DNA from: a virus
Lineage: Duplodnaviria; Caudoviricetes
Length of the DNA stretch: 54,763 nucleotides
Reading direction: 5' to 3' (one strand)
Virus record (IMG/VR): IMGVR_UViG_3300047284_000338
Span: 1-54,763 of that record
Below are positions 8,811 through 17,857 of the stretch, piece by piece. The translations under genes and the position numbers were made by a program. The notes under the pieces are model-generated. The model saw only the letters and a list, made by a program, of their open reading frames with translations. It was not told the DNA's origin and did no database searches. Each line of letters begins with the position of its first letter. Within the stretch, counting starts at the first letter, position 1.

Positions 8811-10273
8811 TGGCCAATACGCTGCGGATCAAGCGCCGTGCCTCCGGTTCACCCGGCGCACCAGCAAGCCTTCAGAACGCCGAACTCGCTTACAACGAGG
8901 TCGACGACGTTCTCTACTACGGCAAGGGCACCGGCGGTGCCGGTGGCAGCGCCACAACCATTCCTGCAATCGCAGGTTCAGGCGCCTATCTGACACTGAG
9001 CTCGGCGCAGACCGTCAGCGGCAACAAGACTTTCACGGGCGACGTCGTCGTCCCGACTCAGGCCAGCAGCGACAACAGCACCAATGCGGCCACCACGGCC
9101 TTCGTAAAGGCCCAGGGTTACCTGACCGGCAACCAGAGCATCACCTTCAGCGGAGATGCCTCGGGCAGCGGCACCACCTCGGTCACCCTGACCTTGGCCA
9201 GCGTTGGCACTGCCGGCACCTACACCAAGGTCACCACCGACGCGAAGGGCCGCGTCACCTCTGGCACCACGCTCAGCGCTTCGGACATCCCGACGCTGAC
9301 CGCTGCCAAGATCAGCGACTTTGACACCCAGGTTCGGACCAACCGTCTGGACCAGATGGCCGCGCCGACCGCGTCGGTGTCGCTGAACAGTCAGAAGATT
9401 ACCAACCTGGCTACGCCGACCGCTGACACCGACGCGGCTACCAAGGCGTATGTGGACGCCTCGCGCAGCGGCCTTGACGTTAAGGCCAGCGTCCGCGCTG
9501 CAACGACCTCAAATCTCCAGAACATCAGCGGCATTCAAATAATTGACGGTGTCACCCTTGTCGCTGGTGACCGCGTGCTGGTCAAAAACCAGAGCACGGC
9601 CAGCACCAACGGCATCTATGTGGTGGCGGCCAGCACTTGGTCCCGCTCGACCGACGCCGACACCGATGCCGAAGTCACCTCCGGCATGTTCACCTTTGTC
9701 GAGGAAGGTACGGTCAATGCCGACAGCGGCTGGGTCCTTAGCACCAACAACCCCATCGTCGTCGGATCGACTTCACTGACCTTCGCCCAGTTCTCTGGCG
9801 CTGGCCAGATTGACGCTGGCGCTGGCTTGGTGAAGAGCGGCAACACCCTGAGCGTGGGCACCGCCTCCACCGCCCGGGTCGTCGTCAACGCCGACAACAT
9901 CGACCTGGCCACGATCGGCACCGCCGGCACCTACCGCTCGGTGACCGTCGACGCCTATGGCCGCGTCTCGGCCGGCACCAACCCCACCACGCTGGCCGGT
10001 TACGGCATCGTCGACGCCCAGCCGCTGGATGCCACGCTGACGGCCCTGGCGGGCGTCACGGTGGCCGCAAACCAGCTGATCTACGCCACCGGCGCTGACA
10101 CCTTCTCCGTCGCCTCGCTGACCGCTTTCGGCCGCAGCCTGATCGACGACGCAGATGCTGCCGCCGGCCGCACCACCCTGGGCCTCGGCACTCTCGCCAC
10201 CCAGGACGCCAGCAACGTGAACATCACGGGCGGCGCGATCGACAACATCACTTTTGACGGCGGCACCTTCTAA
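8810..10273 (+). CDS. Fibre protein (neck/whisker or tail fibre-like)
   Basis: Thr/Ala/Gly-rich; GTYTKVTTDAKGRV repeats; DRVLVKNQ..NGIY domain; C-terminal DGGTF. Confidence 0.8.
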   Translation: MANTLRIKRRASGSPGAPASLQNAELAYNEVDDVLYYGKGTGGAGGSATTIPAIAGSGAYLTLSSAQTVSGNKTFTGDVVVPTQASSDNSTNAATTAFVKAQGYLTGNQSITFSGDASGSGTTSVTLTLASVGTAGTYTKVTTDAKGRVTSGTTLSASDIPTLTAAKISDFDTQVRTNRLDQMAAPTASVSLNSQKITNLATPTADTDAATKAYVDASRSGLDVKASVRAATTSNLQNISGIQIIDGVTLVAGDRVLVKNQSTASTNGIYVVAASTWSRSTDADTDAEVTSGMFTFVEEGTVNADSGWVLSTNNPIVVGSTSLTFAQFSGAGQIDAGAGLVKSGNTLSVGTASTARVVVNADNIDLATIGTAGTYRSVTVDAYGRVSAGTNPTTLAGYGIVDAQPLDATLTALAGVTVAANQLIYATGADTFSVASLTAFGRSLIDDADAAAGRTTLGLGTLATQDASNVNITGGAIDNITFDGGTF

Positions 10274-10321
10274 GGCGCTCCGCCGTCAGTCCTGTCTACA
10301 TAGGCGCTCTCGGACAGCCAC

Positions 10322-10918
10322 ATGGCCAACACGTTCAAGCTGAAACGGTCGTCGGTCGCCAGCAAGGTGCCGACGACCGGGGATCTACAGCTCGGTGAGC
10401 TTGCGCTCAACACCTACGACGGCAAGCTCTACACGAAGAAGGACAACGGCACCGCGTCGATCGTTGAGATTGGCGCCGGAGGTGGCGGAACCAGCCTGTA
10501 CGCCGCCCAGGCGTACAACACCGGCTCGATCTCTGGCGTTACGACTGCAGCAGCGATCTCGTTCGGGGCGGAAGCGTTCGACAACGACAACATGTGGGCA
10601 TCAGGCTCGCCCACCCGCATGACCACACCCCGAGCAGGGGTTTATCGGGTCGAATTTTCAGCGCTCGTTACGTTTACCGCTGAAACCTATGTTCTAACGT
10701 TTTCTCTCCGAAAAAATGGCGTCGAAGTTCGCAGCTTCGTCTACCGTGAAAACTGGCGCTGGTTCAACGGAGACACTTTCACAGTGACTTTCAGCGACAT
10801 CGAGTCACTGGCGGCCAACGACTATCTGGAGGTATTTCACTCGGGGGATTCGACGGGCTACTCGATCGGGACGGCCGCAGCTTCCCGGGCTCAATTGTCC
10901 ATCTACCGGGTGTCCTGA
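10322..10918 (+). CDS. Fibre tip protein, N-terminal Mtd-N-like domain plus C1q/TNF-like C-terminal domain
   Basis: KLKRSSVASKVP...LQLGELALNTYDGKLY; C-terminal FDND...TPRAGVYRV...LAANDYLEV C1q-like pattern. Confidence 0.65.
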   Translation: MANTFKLKRSSVASKVPTTGDLQLGELALNTYDGKLYTKKDNGTASIVEIGAGGGGTSLYAAQAYNTGSISGVTTAAAISFGAEAFDNDNMWASGSPTRMTTPRAGVYRVEFSALVTFTAETYVLTFSLRKNGVEVRSFVYRENWRWFNGDTFTVTFSDIESLAANDYLEVFHSGDSTGYSIGTAAASRAQLSIYRVS

Positions 10919-10920
10919 CC

Positions 10921-11343
10921 ATGACCAAGCGCGAACAGATCCTCGCCGCCATCCGCACGGCGCTGAACGGCACAACCGGTGTCGCCAATCGCATCTACCG
11001 CAGCCGGGTGGAACCGCTGGCCAGGTCGGAAAGTCCTGCGATCGTCGTGGAGCCGATCAACGATGTCTGCCAGCAGAACACGAGCCTGCCCACGCTGGAC
11101 TGGTCGCTTCTGGTCCGCGTCGCAGTCGTGGTTCGGTCGAACATTCCAGATCAGGCCGCAGACGCAACCGTTGAATCGCTGCATTCCAAGCTGATGGCAG
11201 ACCTATCACTTGGTGGTCTGGCGATCGATATTCAGCCAGTTCAAGTAGAGTTTCAGGCAGTGGAGGCAGATGTCCCGGCCGGTGTCGTCATGTGCGACTA
11301 CCGTGTTCAGTACAGAACCTCTGTCACCAACCTTGGAGCCTGA
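10921..11343 (+). CDS. Tail terminator (gpU-like)
   Basis: MTKREQILAAI...RIYRSRVEPL...LMADLSLGGLA; lies before the tail tube gene. Confidence 0.75.
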   Translation: MTKREQILAAIRTALNGTTGVANRIYRSRVEPLARSESPAIVVEPINDVCQQNTSLPTLDWSLLVRVAVVVRSNIPDQAADATVESLHSKLMADLSLGGLAIDIQPVQVEFQAVEADVPAGVVMCDYRVQYRTSVTNLGA

Positions 11344-11354
11344 TGATGGCTGCC

Positions 11355-11537
11355 ATGATCGACGAATACCATGGTCAGGGAGGCACTTACCTCCTCGACC
11401 CAAAAACCGGCAAGCGGAAGCTCGTCGAGCGGACAGAGCCGGGCCAGCTCCAAACCCCATCTGAGGTAACCAGCGATGCCGCTCCTCTCGAGAAAGCGCC
11501 TGATCTTGGCGAAGACCGAGACGACCTACGGGACTGA
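11355..11537 (+). CDS. Small hypothetical protein
   Basis: ORF MIDEYHGQGGTYLLDPKTGKRKLVERT...; overlaps the tube gene start. Confidence 0.5.
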   Translation: MIDEYHGQGGTYLLDPKTGKRKLVERTEPGQLQTPSEVTSDAAPLEKAPDLGEDRDDLRD

Positions 11538-12408
11538 CAGCACCCCCGCTGGTGCCGACGCCGTTCTCGTCCGCAATCTTGAAATCACTCCGATCGAGTC
11601 TGACACCGTCAGCCGCGATCTCATTCGTCCGTACCTCGGTAACTCCGAGCAGCTGCTGGCGAACACCCGTGTCAGCATCACCTTCCAGGTGGAATTTGCT
11701 GGTTCCGGTACTGCCGGCACCGCGCCCAAGTACGGCTCGCTGTTGAAGGCCTGCGGCATGTCCGAGACCGTGGTGGCGACCACCTCGGTGACCTACGCAC
11801 CTGTCAGCGCCAGCTTCTCCAGCGCAACCATCTACTTCAACAACGATGGCGTGCTGCACAAAGCCACCGGCTGCCGCGGGACGTTCTCGATCAACTGCAA
11901 CCTGAACGAGATTCCCGTCATCGATTTCACGATGACCGGGATCTACAACGCCCCGACCGACACTGCCGCCCCCAGCGTCACCTACTCGGCCCAGGCGACA
12001 CCGCTGCTGTTCAAAGAGGGCAACACCTCGAGCTTCAGCCTGCTGGGCTACAGCGGCTGCCTGATGAACGTCAGCCTCGACATGGCCAACGACGTCATCT
12101 ATCGCGAGCTGGTTGGTTGCACCAAGCAGGTGCTGATCACCAATCGTGCTCCCGCTGGCACCTGCGTGATCGAGGCGCCGAGCATCGCGGCGAAGGATTT
12201 CTTCACGATCGCCAACAGCAACACCACGGGCAGCCTGACCTTTGCGCACGGCACCACTGCCGGCAACATCGTCACCTTCACCGCGCAAAAGGTGGACATC
12301 GGTCAGCCGACCTACTCCGACCAGGACGGCATCCAGATGCTGAACCTGCCTTACGTGGCCATCCCCACTTCAGCAGGAAATGATGAGGTGGGGCTAGTCT
12401 TCACCTGA
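11476..12408 (+). CDS. Major tail (tube) protein
   Basis: LAKTETTYGTD...RDLIRPYLG...LLKACG pattern; upstream of chaperones and tape measure. Confidence 0.85.
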   Translation: MPLLSRKRLILAKTETTYGTDSTPAGADAVLVRNLEITPIESDTVSRDLIRPYLGNSEQLLANTRVSITFQVEFAGSGTAGTAPKYGSLLKACGMSETVVATTSVTYAPVSASFSSATIYFNNDGVLHKATGCRGTFSINCNLNEIPVIDFTMTGIYNAPTDTAAPSVTYSAQATPLLFKEGNTSSFSLLGYSGCLMNVSLDMANDVIYRELVGCTKQVLITNRAPAGTCVIEAPSIAAKDFFTIANSNTTGSLTFAHGTTAGNIVTFTAQKVDIGQPTYSDQDGIQMLNLPYVAIPTSAGNDEVGLVFT

Positions 12409-12423
12409 TCACTGGAGCCCTAC

Positions 12424-12750
12424 ATGGCTTTCACGCGCAAGAAGTCGTCGACCTTCAAGTGGCCTGTCACCGTCGAATTCCCCGTCGACGGTGGCGGGTT
12501 CGAAACCGAGTCCTTTGACGCTGTCTTCAAGCGGATCGGCCGTGCTGAGTTCACCAAACTTGTGGACAAGGGCGATGTCGAACTGCTGGAGGCGGTGCTC
12601 GAGGGTTGGGAAGGCGTCAAAGACGAGGCCGGCAAGGACATTCCTTTCACCAAGGCTGCCCTGAAGGACATGATGGATGACCCTTGCTTCACCAAGGGCG
12701 TCATCACGGCTTACCTGGCCAGTTTGGAGGGCGGTAAAGCAAAAAACTGA
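12424..12750 (+). CDS. Tail assembly chaperone (gpG-like)
   Basis: Position; VLEGWEGVKDEAGKDIPF motif; ends in slippery A AAA AAC TGA. Confidence 0.85.
   Translation: MAFTRKKSSTFKWPVTVEFPVDGGGFETESFDAVFKRIGRAEFTKLVDKGDVELLEAVLEGWEGVKDEAGKDIPFTKAALKDMMDDPCFTKGVITAYLASLEGGKAKN
12741..12747 (+). other. Programmed -1 ribosomal frameshift site A-AAA-AAC
   Basis: The -1 frame from 12741 is open and continuous with ORF 12816..13073. Confidence 0.85.
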
Positions 12751-13073
12751 GGGAGGCGGCCCAGTATTGGGCTGCCGCCGGATCAGTCAAAGACGACACG
12801 GCAGACGACGCTCGCTTGATGGGCGTCGTTCTGCCTGAGTCAGAGACCGAAGAAGAAGATTTCGAGGTCTGGCCCGAGAACTGGGACATCGTGATGATGT
12901 TTCTGCGCATGCAGACGCAGTGGAACATCACGATGGGCGGCTACGCCGGGTTGAAGTACGAGACCCTGCGGTGGCTGTGCGACCTATACTCAGTGGAGGA
13001 TCCAAAGGCCATGCTGGAGGGCATCCAGGTCATGGAAGCCGCTGCCCTCAAGGTTCTGAACGACGATGGCTGA
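12741..13073 (+). CDS. gpT-like frameshift extension (gpGT C-terminal part)
   Basis: KKLREAAQYW...FEVWPENWDIVMMFLRMQTQW...GLKYE...IQVMEAAAL. Confidence 0.8.
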   Translation, partial: KKLREAAQYWAAAGSVKDDTADDARLMGVVLPESETEEEDFEVWPENWDIVMMFLRMQTQWNITMGGYAGLKYETLRWLCDLYSVEDPKAMLEGIQVMEAAALKVLNDDG

Positions 13074-16000
13074 ACAGGTCGCACGGCTAAAGATTCTCGC
13101 CCAGGTCGAAGGGCTCGAAGGCTTTGACAAGCTGAAGAGCGTCTTCAAGGGCCTGCAGTCGGCGATCGGCCCGACAGACCAGCAGCTGAGCAAGGCTCGG
13201 CGCGAGGTCATGGCCTTCGGCGAGGCTGGCGCTAAGACCGAGCAGGTGCTGCGCGGGCAGATCGAGGCGCTCAAGGGCCTACAGGGCCAGGCAACGATCG
13301 GCGGCAACGTCTACCGGCAGCTCAGTCGCGACCTGAAGGCCCTGGGCGAGGCCTACGGCGAAACGGCCACCCAGGCCAAGAAGCTCAGCGAAGCGCAGCT
13401 GCGAAACCAGGCGGCGTCGAACAAGCCGTCTGCATTCCAGCAGCAGATCGCAGCTCTCAAGAAGGAGCTGAACGAGCTCAACATCCTCAGCAATGAGTAT
13501 GCGACCGCCCTGGCTAACATCCAGCGGCGCGAGATTCGTTTTGGCATGGGCTCTGCCCGGCAGAACGTCGTTGCTCGCAATCAGGCATTCGAGAACGACA
13601 ACTTCCTGGCACCGGATCGTCTCAACGGTCAGCCAGATCTGCCCAATACGACGGCTGCCCTGAATCAGCGGCTGGCCGAGCTCAAGGACCGCTTTCAGAA
13701 CCTCACCAGAGGCGGTGAGCTCTGGATCCAGACCCAGCGGGAGATCACCAGCCTTCAGCGCGAGCTGAATCGCGAGTTTGCCAACCCGGCGCTGGATGCT
13801 GCTCGCCGCCGGCTGGAGCAGTCTCGCGCCGCCAACTCGGGCAGCGGCTTCTTGGCCTTCTCGCAGGGCCTCGAAGACCGCATGGCGGTGCAGAGGTCGA
13901 TCGAGCGCAACGCCGCCAAGCGGCGGCCCGCGGCGATCGAGATGCCGATGATGGAGACGAGCGAGCTCTATCGCTCGATCCAGGGCGTTGGCTTGAGCCG
14001 GATCAGCTCGCAGCTTGAGCTGATGGGCGGCAGCTATCAGCAGGTCGCGGGCGACATCCGCAAGGCCACCGTCGCATCTGACGGCAGCATCAACAGCCTT
14101 CGCAACCAGCGTGCTGCATGGGAATCGCTGCGCAACAGTCTGGGCGACAACAGAGCCGCGCTGAAGGAGGTCAATCAGGAGCTGGCCAAGATCGACCGCC
14201 AGCTGGAGAAGCGCACCGGCGGTGGGAACGCGCTAGGCAATAGGTTCCAGACGCTTGGCGCTGTTGCCTCCGGTGCTGTGTTCGGCGGCCCTGCTGGTTT
14301 CCTGGGGGCGGCGGGCGGCGCCGCATTCGGCATGTCAGCTGCCGGCAAGGCTGCCGGATTGACATCGTTTGGAGGAGCACTGGGAGGTGCAGCCATCGGG
14401 GCTGGCGTCGCTGGCGTGGGAGCGGTGGCGGTTGGCGCCAGCAACTATGCGGGCGAGATCGCTCGCCTGCAGATCGCGTTAAAGGGCGTCAGCACCGACC
14501 AAGGAGAGTTCAACAACAGCCTGAAGTTTATTCAGCAGTCAGCACCGCAATTCCTCACCAGCATTGGAGATGCCACCAGGAACTACACGCGACTGCAAGC
14601 ATCGGTTCGCGGTGCAGGCATGGGCGTCGAAGAGACGCAAAAAGTCTTCAAAGGCTTGAGCGCAGCAATCATCGCGACTGGAGGTAGTACAGAGCAGCTG
14701 AACGCTGCAATGCTTGCTGCGTCACAGGTGTTCTCAAAGGGCAAAGTGAGCGCCGAAGAACTGCGCGGCCAGATTGGTGAGCGCTTGGCGGGCGCGTTTG
14801 TGATTTTTGCCCAGTCGATGGAGAAAACGCCAGAATCTGTCGGCAAGGCTTTAGAAAAGTCGTCGAAAATGAGCACAAAGGAGCTGGACAAGCTTCTGCA
14901 AGAGGGCAAGGTTACCACTCAAGACTTTGTGCGCTTTAACGAAGAGCTTTCAAGGCGCTTCGAGGGAACCTCCAAGGCAATTGGAGAGTCACAATTTGCA
15001 GCCAGTATCCGCTTCCAGCTGGCGATGGACAACTTCAAACTGGCCGCCGGTCAGGCGCTGCTGCCGACCATTACGTTCTTCCAGGACCTCGGCACCGAGG
15101 GCCTGAACGCTCTCACCCGTATTGCCCAGGGCCAGACTGGCTGGCAGCGGGCCATCGGCGAGACATTTAACTGGATCGGCAAGCTGATCGGCGGCGTAGA
15201 GGGTCTGAACAAGATCCTCTCCGGCCTGATCAAGACCATGATTGTGCTGGGCGGCGTGCAAGCCGGCCTGTTTGTAGTCAGCAACCTGACGGCGTTCTCA
15301 AACGCCTTTCAGGGCATCCTGACCGCCACGCGCACGCTGCTCGAGCTGAGCAAGTCGCTGCTGAAGGTTGAGACGGCCCGGGCAGCAATCAACGCGATCC
15401 TGGCCGGCCTGACCACCGGCGCCACGAAGGGCAAGGTGGCCGGCGCGGTGCTCGGTCTGACGGCTGGTGGCGTCGCGGCCATCGGCCTGAGCAAGTTCGT
15501 GGATTCGGTGGTGGAGAACATCACCGGCTCGATTGAAAAAGCCACGAAGATGCCCGAGTTGGGCGGCGGTTTTGGTGGGCAACCATCACCATTGCCTTCT
15601 GACCAGTCAGAGGACGAAAGAGCTCGGAAGGAAGCTGAGAAGCTCGCGGCCGAACAGCAGCGGCTCGATGAGCAGGTGGCCCGGGCGAAGGCTGCGCTCG
15701 ATGATGCGACCCATCGCACAGCGATGGACCTCATCCGCAAGCGCTACGAGTACGAACAGGAGCTGATCAACAAGCAGCGCGACAACTGGGTGAAGTCGCT
15801 CACCGGCGCAGCCCGAACCGCCGGCGGCCTGATCATTAGCTTCTACGGTCAGCTGGATGAGCTTGCCAACCGCCGACGCCAGGCTGCGATGGACGTGCTC
15901 AATGCACAGCAGTCGCTCAGATCAGCTCAGGCGATCGGGGCCGTCACGGGGCAAGGTGGCATCATTGGCCGCACGGGCAACACCGGCCAGAGCACCGGCC

Positions 16001-17502
16001 CTCACCTCGATGCTCGCTGGGCTGACGGCCGCCGCATCACCGCGGAAGACGCCGACCGCTACCTGTCGGTCAACGGTCGGGACCCCTCCAGCTTCGGCGT
16101 CACCAGCGGTTACGGCCCGCGCAGCATGTTCGGCCGCAGTTTTCACCGCGGCATCGACTTCGGGACCCCGGCCGGCAGCGCCATCAGCCTGAAGGGCGGC
16201 GCCAGCCTGTTGCGTGACCTGGGCTTCACCGGCGCCGGCGGTTACGCGGTCGAGATCATGACGCCCGAAGGCCCAATGCGGCTTCTGCACCTGCAGGGCA
16301 ACGAAGGCGCAAGGGTCGCAACAGGTAGGACTGGCGTCGCCGCCCAGCAGCTGCGCGACGTCACCGCCGACGGCAGGGCGTCGGTGGAGCGAGTCGAGCT
16401 CGAGGCAGCCACCGGGGCCCAGAGGATTGTCGACCAGGGGGTCGGGAAGCTGACCGAGGAGGCACGCAAGGGCTTCGTGTTGGACTTCACCGAGCAGCTG
16501 CGTGGTCAAAATGCCGAGCTGAAAAATTCGGCCGAGCTGACCCGCCTGCGCAATCAGCTGGAGCTCGAAGGTCGGAAGCCTGAGTACATCGAAGGCGAGC
16601 TCAAGAAGGCGCAAGCCATCCAGCAGGTCGCCCAGGCGAACGCCGTCGCAAAGGCCGAGCTCGACAAGCTGGTTGCAGCCGGCCAGGGCAACTCGGTCCA
16701 GGCTCAGGCGCAGCGCGAGGCGATCGCGAGCAACAACCTGCAGCTGGCTGAGTTCAAGCGCCTCACGGATGAAGCCACAGCGTCGCAGCTGCGCTTCAAC
16801 GAGTCTCTGCGGCTGCGCCAGGACATGCGGATCGGCGAGGGCTTCACGCAGGGTGTGCAGCAGTACGTCCAGAGCATCGGGACGATGAAGGACGCCACCG
16901 CTCAGCTGGTGCAAACCGGGCTGAAGGGCGTCGAGGACGTGCTGGTCAACCTGGTGACCACCGGCAAGGCCAACTTCCAGGAGTTCGCGGCCAGCATCCT
17001 CAAGGACACCGCTCGGATGATCATCCAGCAGCTCGTGCTGCGGTCGGTCATGCAGGCGATCGGGTTTCTGGGCGGCGGCGGCGGCGGCTTTGGCGGCGGC
17101 TACTTCAACCCCATTACCGGGTTGGGAGCGGCTGGTCCTAACTTCGGCTTCGCCAAGGGCGGCGCATTCGCTCAAAACGGCATCGTGCCGTTCGCCATGG
17201 GCGGCATCATCGACAAGCCCACCCTGTTCAAGTTCGCCAACGGCGGCGCCGGCCAGCTCGGCTTGATGGGCGAGGCCGGGCCCGAGGCCATCATGCCTCT
17301 GCGCCGCGGCCGTGACGGCAAACTGGGCGTCGTGGCTGCAGGCGGTGGCGGAGACATCAACGTCAGCGTCTCAGTCGACGCCGGCAGCAGCCAGGTGCAG
17401 GGCGACAGCAGCCGCGGCGAGCAGCTGGGCAGAGCCGTGGCGGCAGCCGTCCAGCAGGAACTGATCCGCCAGAAGCGTCCTGGCGGTCTTCTCGCGGCCT
17501 AG
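13066..17502 (+). CDS. Tape measure protein with internal M23 peptidase-like domain
   Basis: 1478 aa, helical; SQVFSKGKVSAEELRGQIGER tape-measure motif; lambda-type C-terminus (FAKGG, MGEAGPEAIMPL, QKRPGGLL). Confidence 0.95.
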   Translation: MAEQVARLKILAQVEGLEGFDKLKSVFKGLQSAIGPTDQQLSKARREVMAFGEAGAKTEQVLRGQIEALKGLQGQATIGGNVYRQLSRDLKALGEAYGETATQAKKLSEAQLRNQAASNKPSAFQQQIAALKKELNELNILSNEYATALANIQRREIRFGMGSARQNVVARNQAFENDNFLAPDRLNGQPDLPNTTAALNQRLAELKDRFQNLTRGGELWIQTQREITSLQRELNREFANPALDAARRRLEQSRAANSGSGFLAFSQGLEDRMAVQRSIERNAAKRRPAAIEMPMMETSELYRSIQGVGLSRISSQLELMGGSYQQVAGDIRKATVASDGSINSLRNQRAAWESLRNSLGDNRAALKEVNQELAKIDRQLEKRTGGGNALGNRFQTLGAVASGAVFGGPAGFLGAAGGAAFGMSAAGKAAGLTSFGGALGGAAIGAGVAGVGAVAVGASNYAGEIARLQIALKGVSTDQGEFNNSLKFIQQSAPQFLTSIGDATRNYTRLQASVRGAGMGVEETQKVFKGLSAAIIATGGSTEQLNAAMLAASQVFSKGKVSAEELRGQIGERLAGAFVIFAQSMEKTPESVGKALEKSSKMSTKELDKLLQEGKVTTQDFVRFNEELSRRFEGTSKAIGESQFAASIRFQLAMDNFKLAAGQALLPTITFFQDLGTEGLNALTRIAQGQTGWQRAIGETFNWIGKLIGGVEGLNKILSGLIKTMIVLGGVQAGLFVVSNLTAFSNAFQGILTATRTLLELSKSLLKVETARAAINAILAGLTTGATKGKVAGAVLGLTAGGVAAIGLSKFVDSVVENITGSIEKATKMPELGGGFGGQPSPLPSDQSEDERARKEAEKLAAEQQRLDEQVARAKAALDDATHRTAMDLIRKRYEYEQELINKQRDNWVKSLTGAARTAGGLIISFYGQLDELANRRRQAAMDVLNAQQSLRSAQAIGAVTGQGGIIGRTGNTGQSTGPHLDARWADGRRITAEDADRYLSVNGRDPSSFGVTSGYGPRSMFGRSFHRGIDFGTPAGSAISLKGGASLLRDLGFTGAGGYAVEIMTPEGPMRLLHLQGNEGARVATGRTGVAAQQLRDVTADGRASVERVELEAATGAQRIVDQGVGKLTEEARKGFVLDFTEQLRGQNAELKNSAELTRLRNQLELEGRKPEYIEGELKKAQAIQQVAQANAVAKAELDKLVAAGQGNSVQAQAQREAIASNNLQLAEFKRLTDEATASQLRFNESLRLRQDMRIGEGFTQGVQQYVQSIGTMKDATAQLVQTGLKGVEDVLVNLVTTGKANFQEFAASILKDTARMIIQQLVLRSVMQAIGFLGGGGGGFGGGYFNPITGLGAAGPNFGFAKGGAFAQNGIVPFAMGGIIDKPTLFKFANGGAGQLGLMGEAGPEAIMPLRRGRDGKLGVVAAGGGGDINVSVSVDAGSSQVQGDSSRGEQLGRAVAAAVQQELIRQKRPGGLLAA

Positions 17503-17512
17503 GATCTGACCC

Positions 17513-17857
17513 ATGGCGACATTCACCTGGACCCCTGATTATCCGTTCACGGAAACGAGCAAGCCGCGTGTTCGAAAGGCGGAGTTCGGTGACGGCTATG
17601 AGCAGCGGATTCGCTTCGGCCTGAACACCGATCTGAAGACCTACCCGCTGACATTCAAGGCTCGCGACAACACCGAGACGGCCGCCATCCGCGCCTTTCT
17701 CGAGGCGCGTGGTGGGTCGGAATCGTTCACATGGACTCCGCCGCTTTGGGGTGCCGCGGCCGGCCAGTACGTGTGCGAGGAGTGGCAGATCACCGGCGAC
17801 TCGTGCGAACTGAGCTCCATTTCGGCGACCTTCCGCGAGGTAGCTGAACCCGCATGA
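17513..17857 (+). CDS. Minor tail protein M (distal tail)
   Basis: FGDGYEQR...GLN, FLEARGGSESFTWTPP, ATFREV. Confidence 0.92.
   Translation: MATFTWTPDYPFTETSKPRVRKAEFGDGYEQRIRFGLNTDLKTYPLTFKARDNTETAAIRAFLEARGGSESFTWTPPLWGAAAGQYVCEEWQITGDSCELSSISATFREVAEPA

Noticed and set aside
8502-10918. Diversity-generating retroelement suggested by Mtd-N-like domains
   Set aside because: No reverse transcriptase and no TR/VR pair differing at adenines was seen
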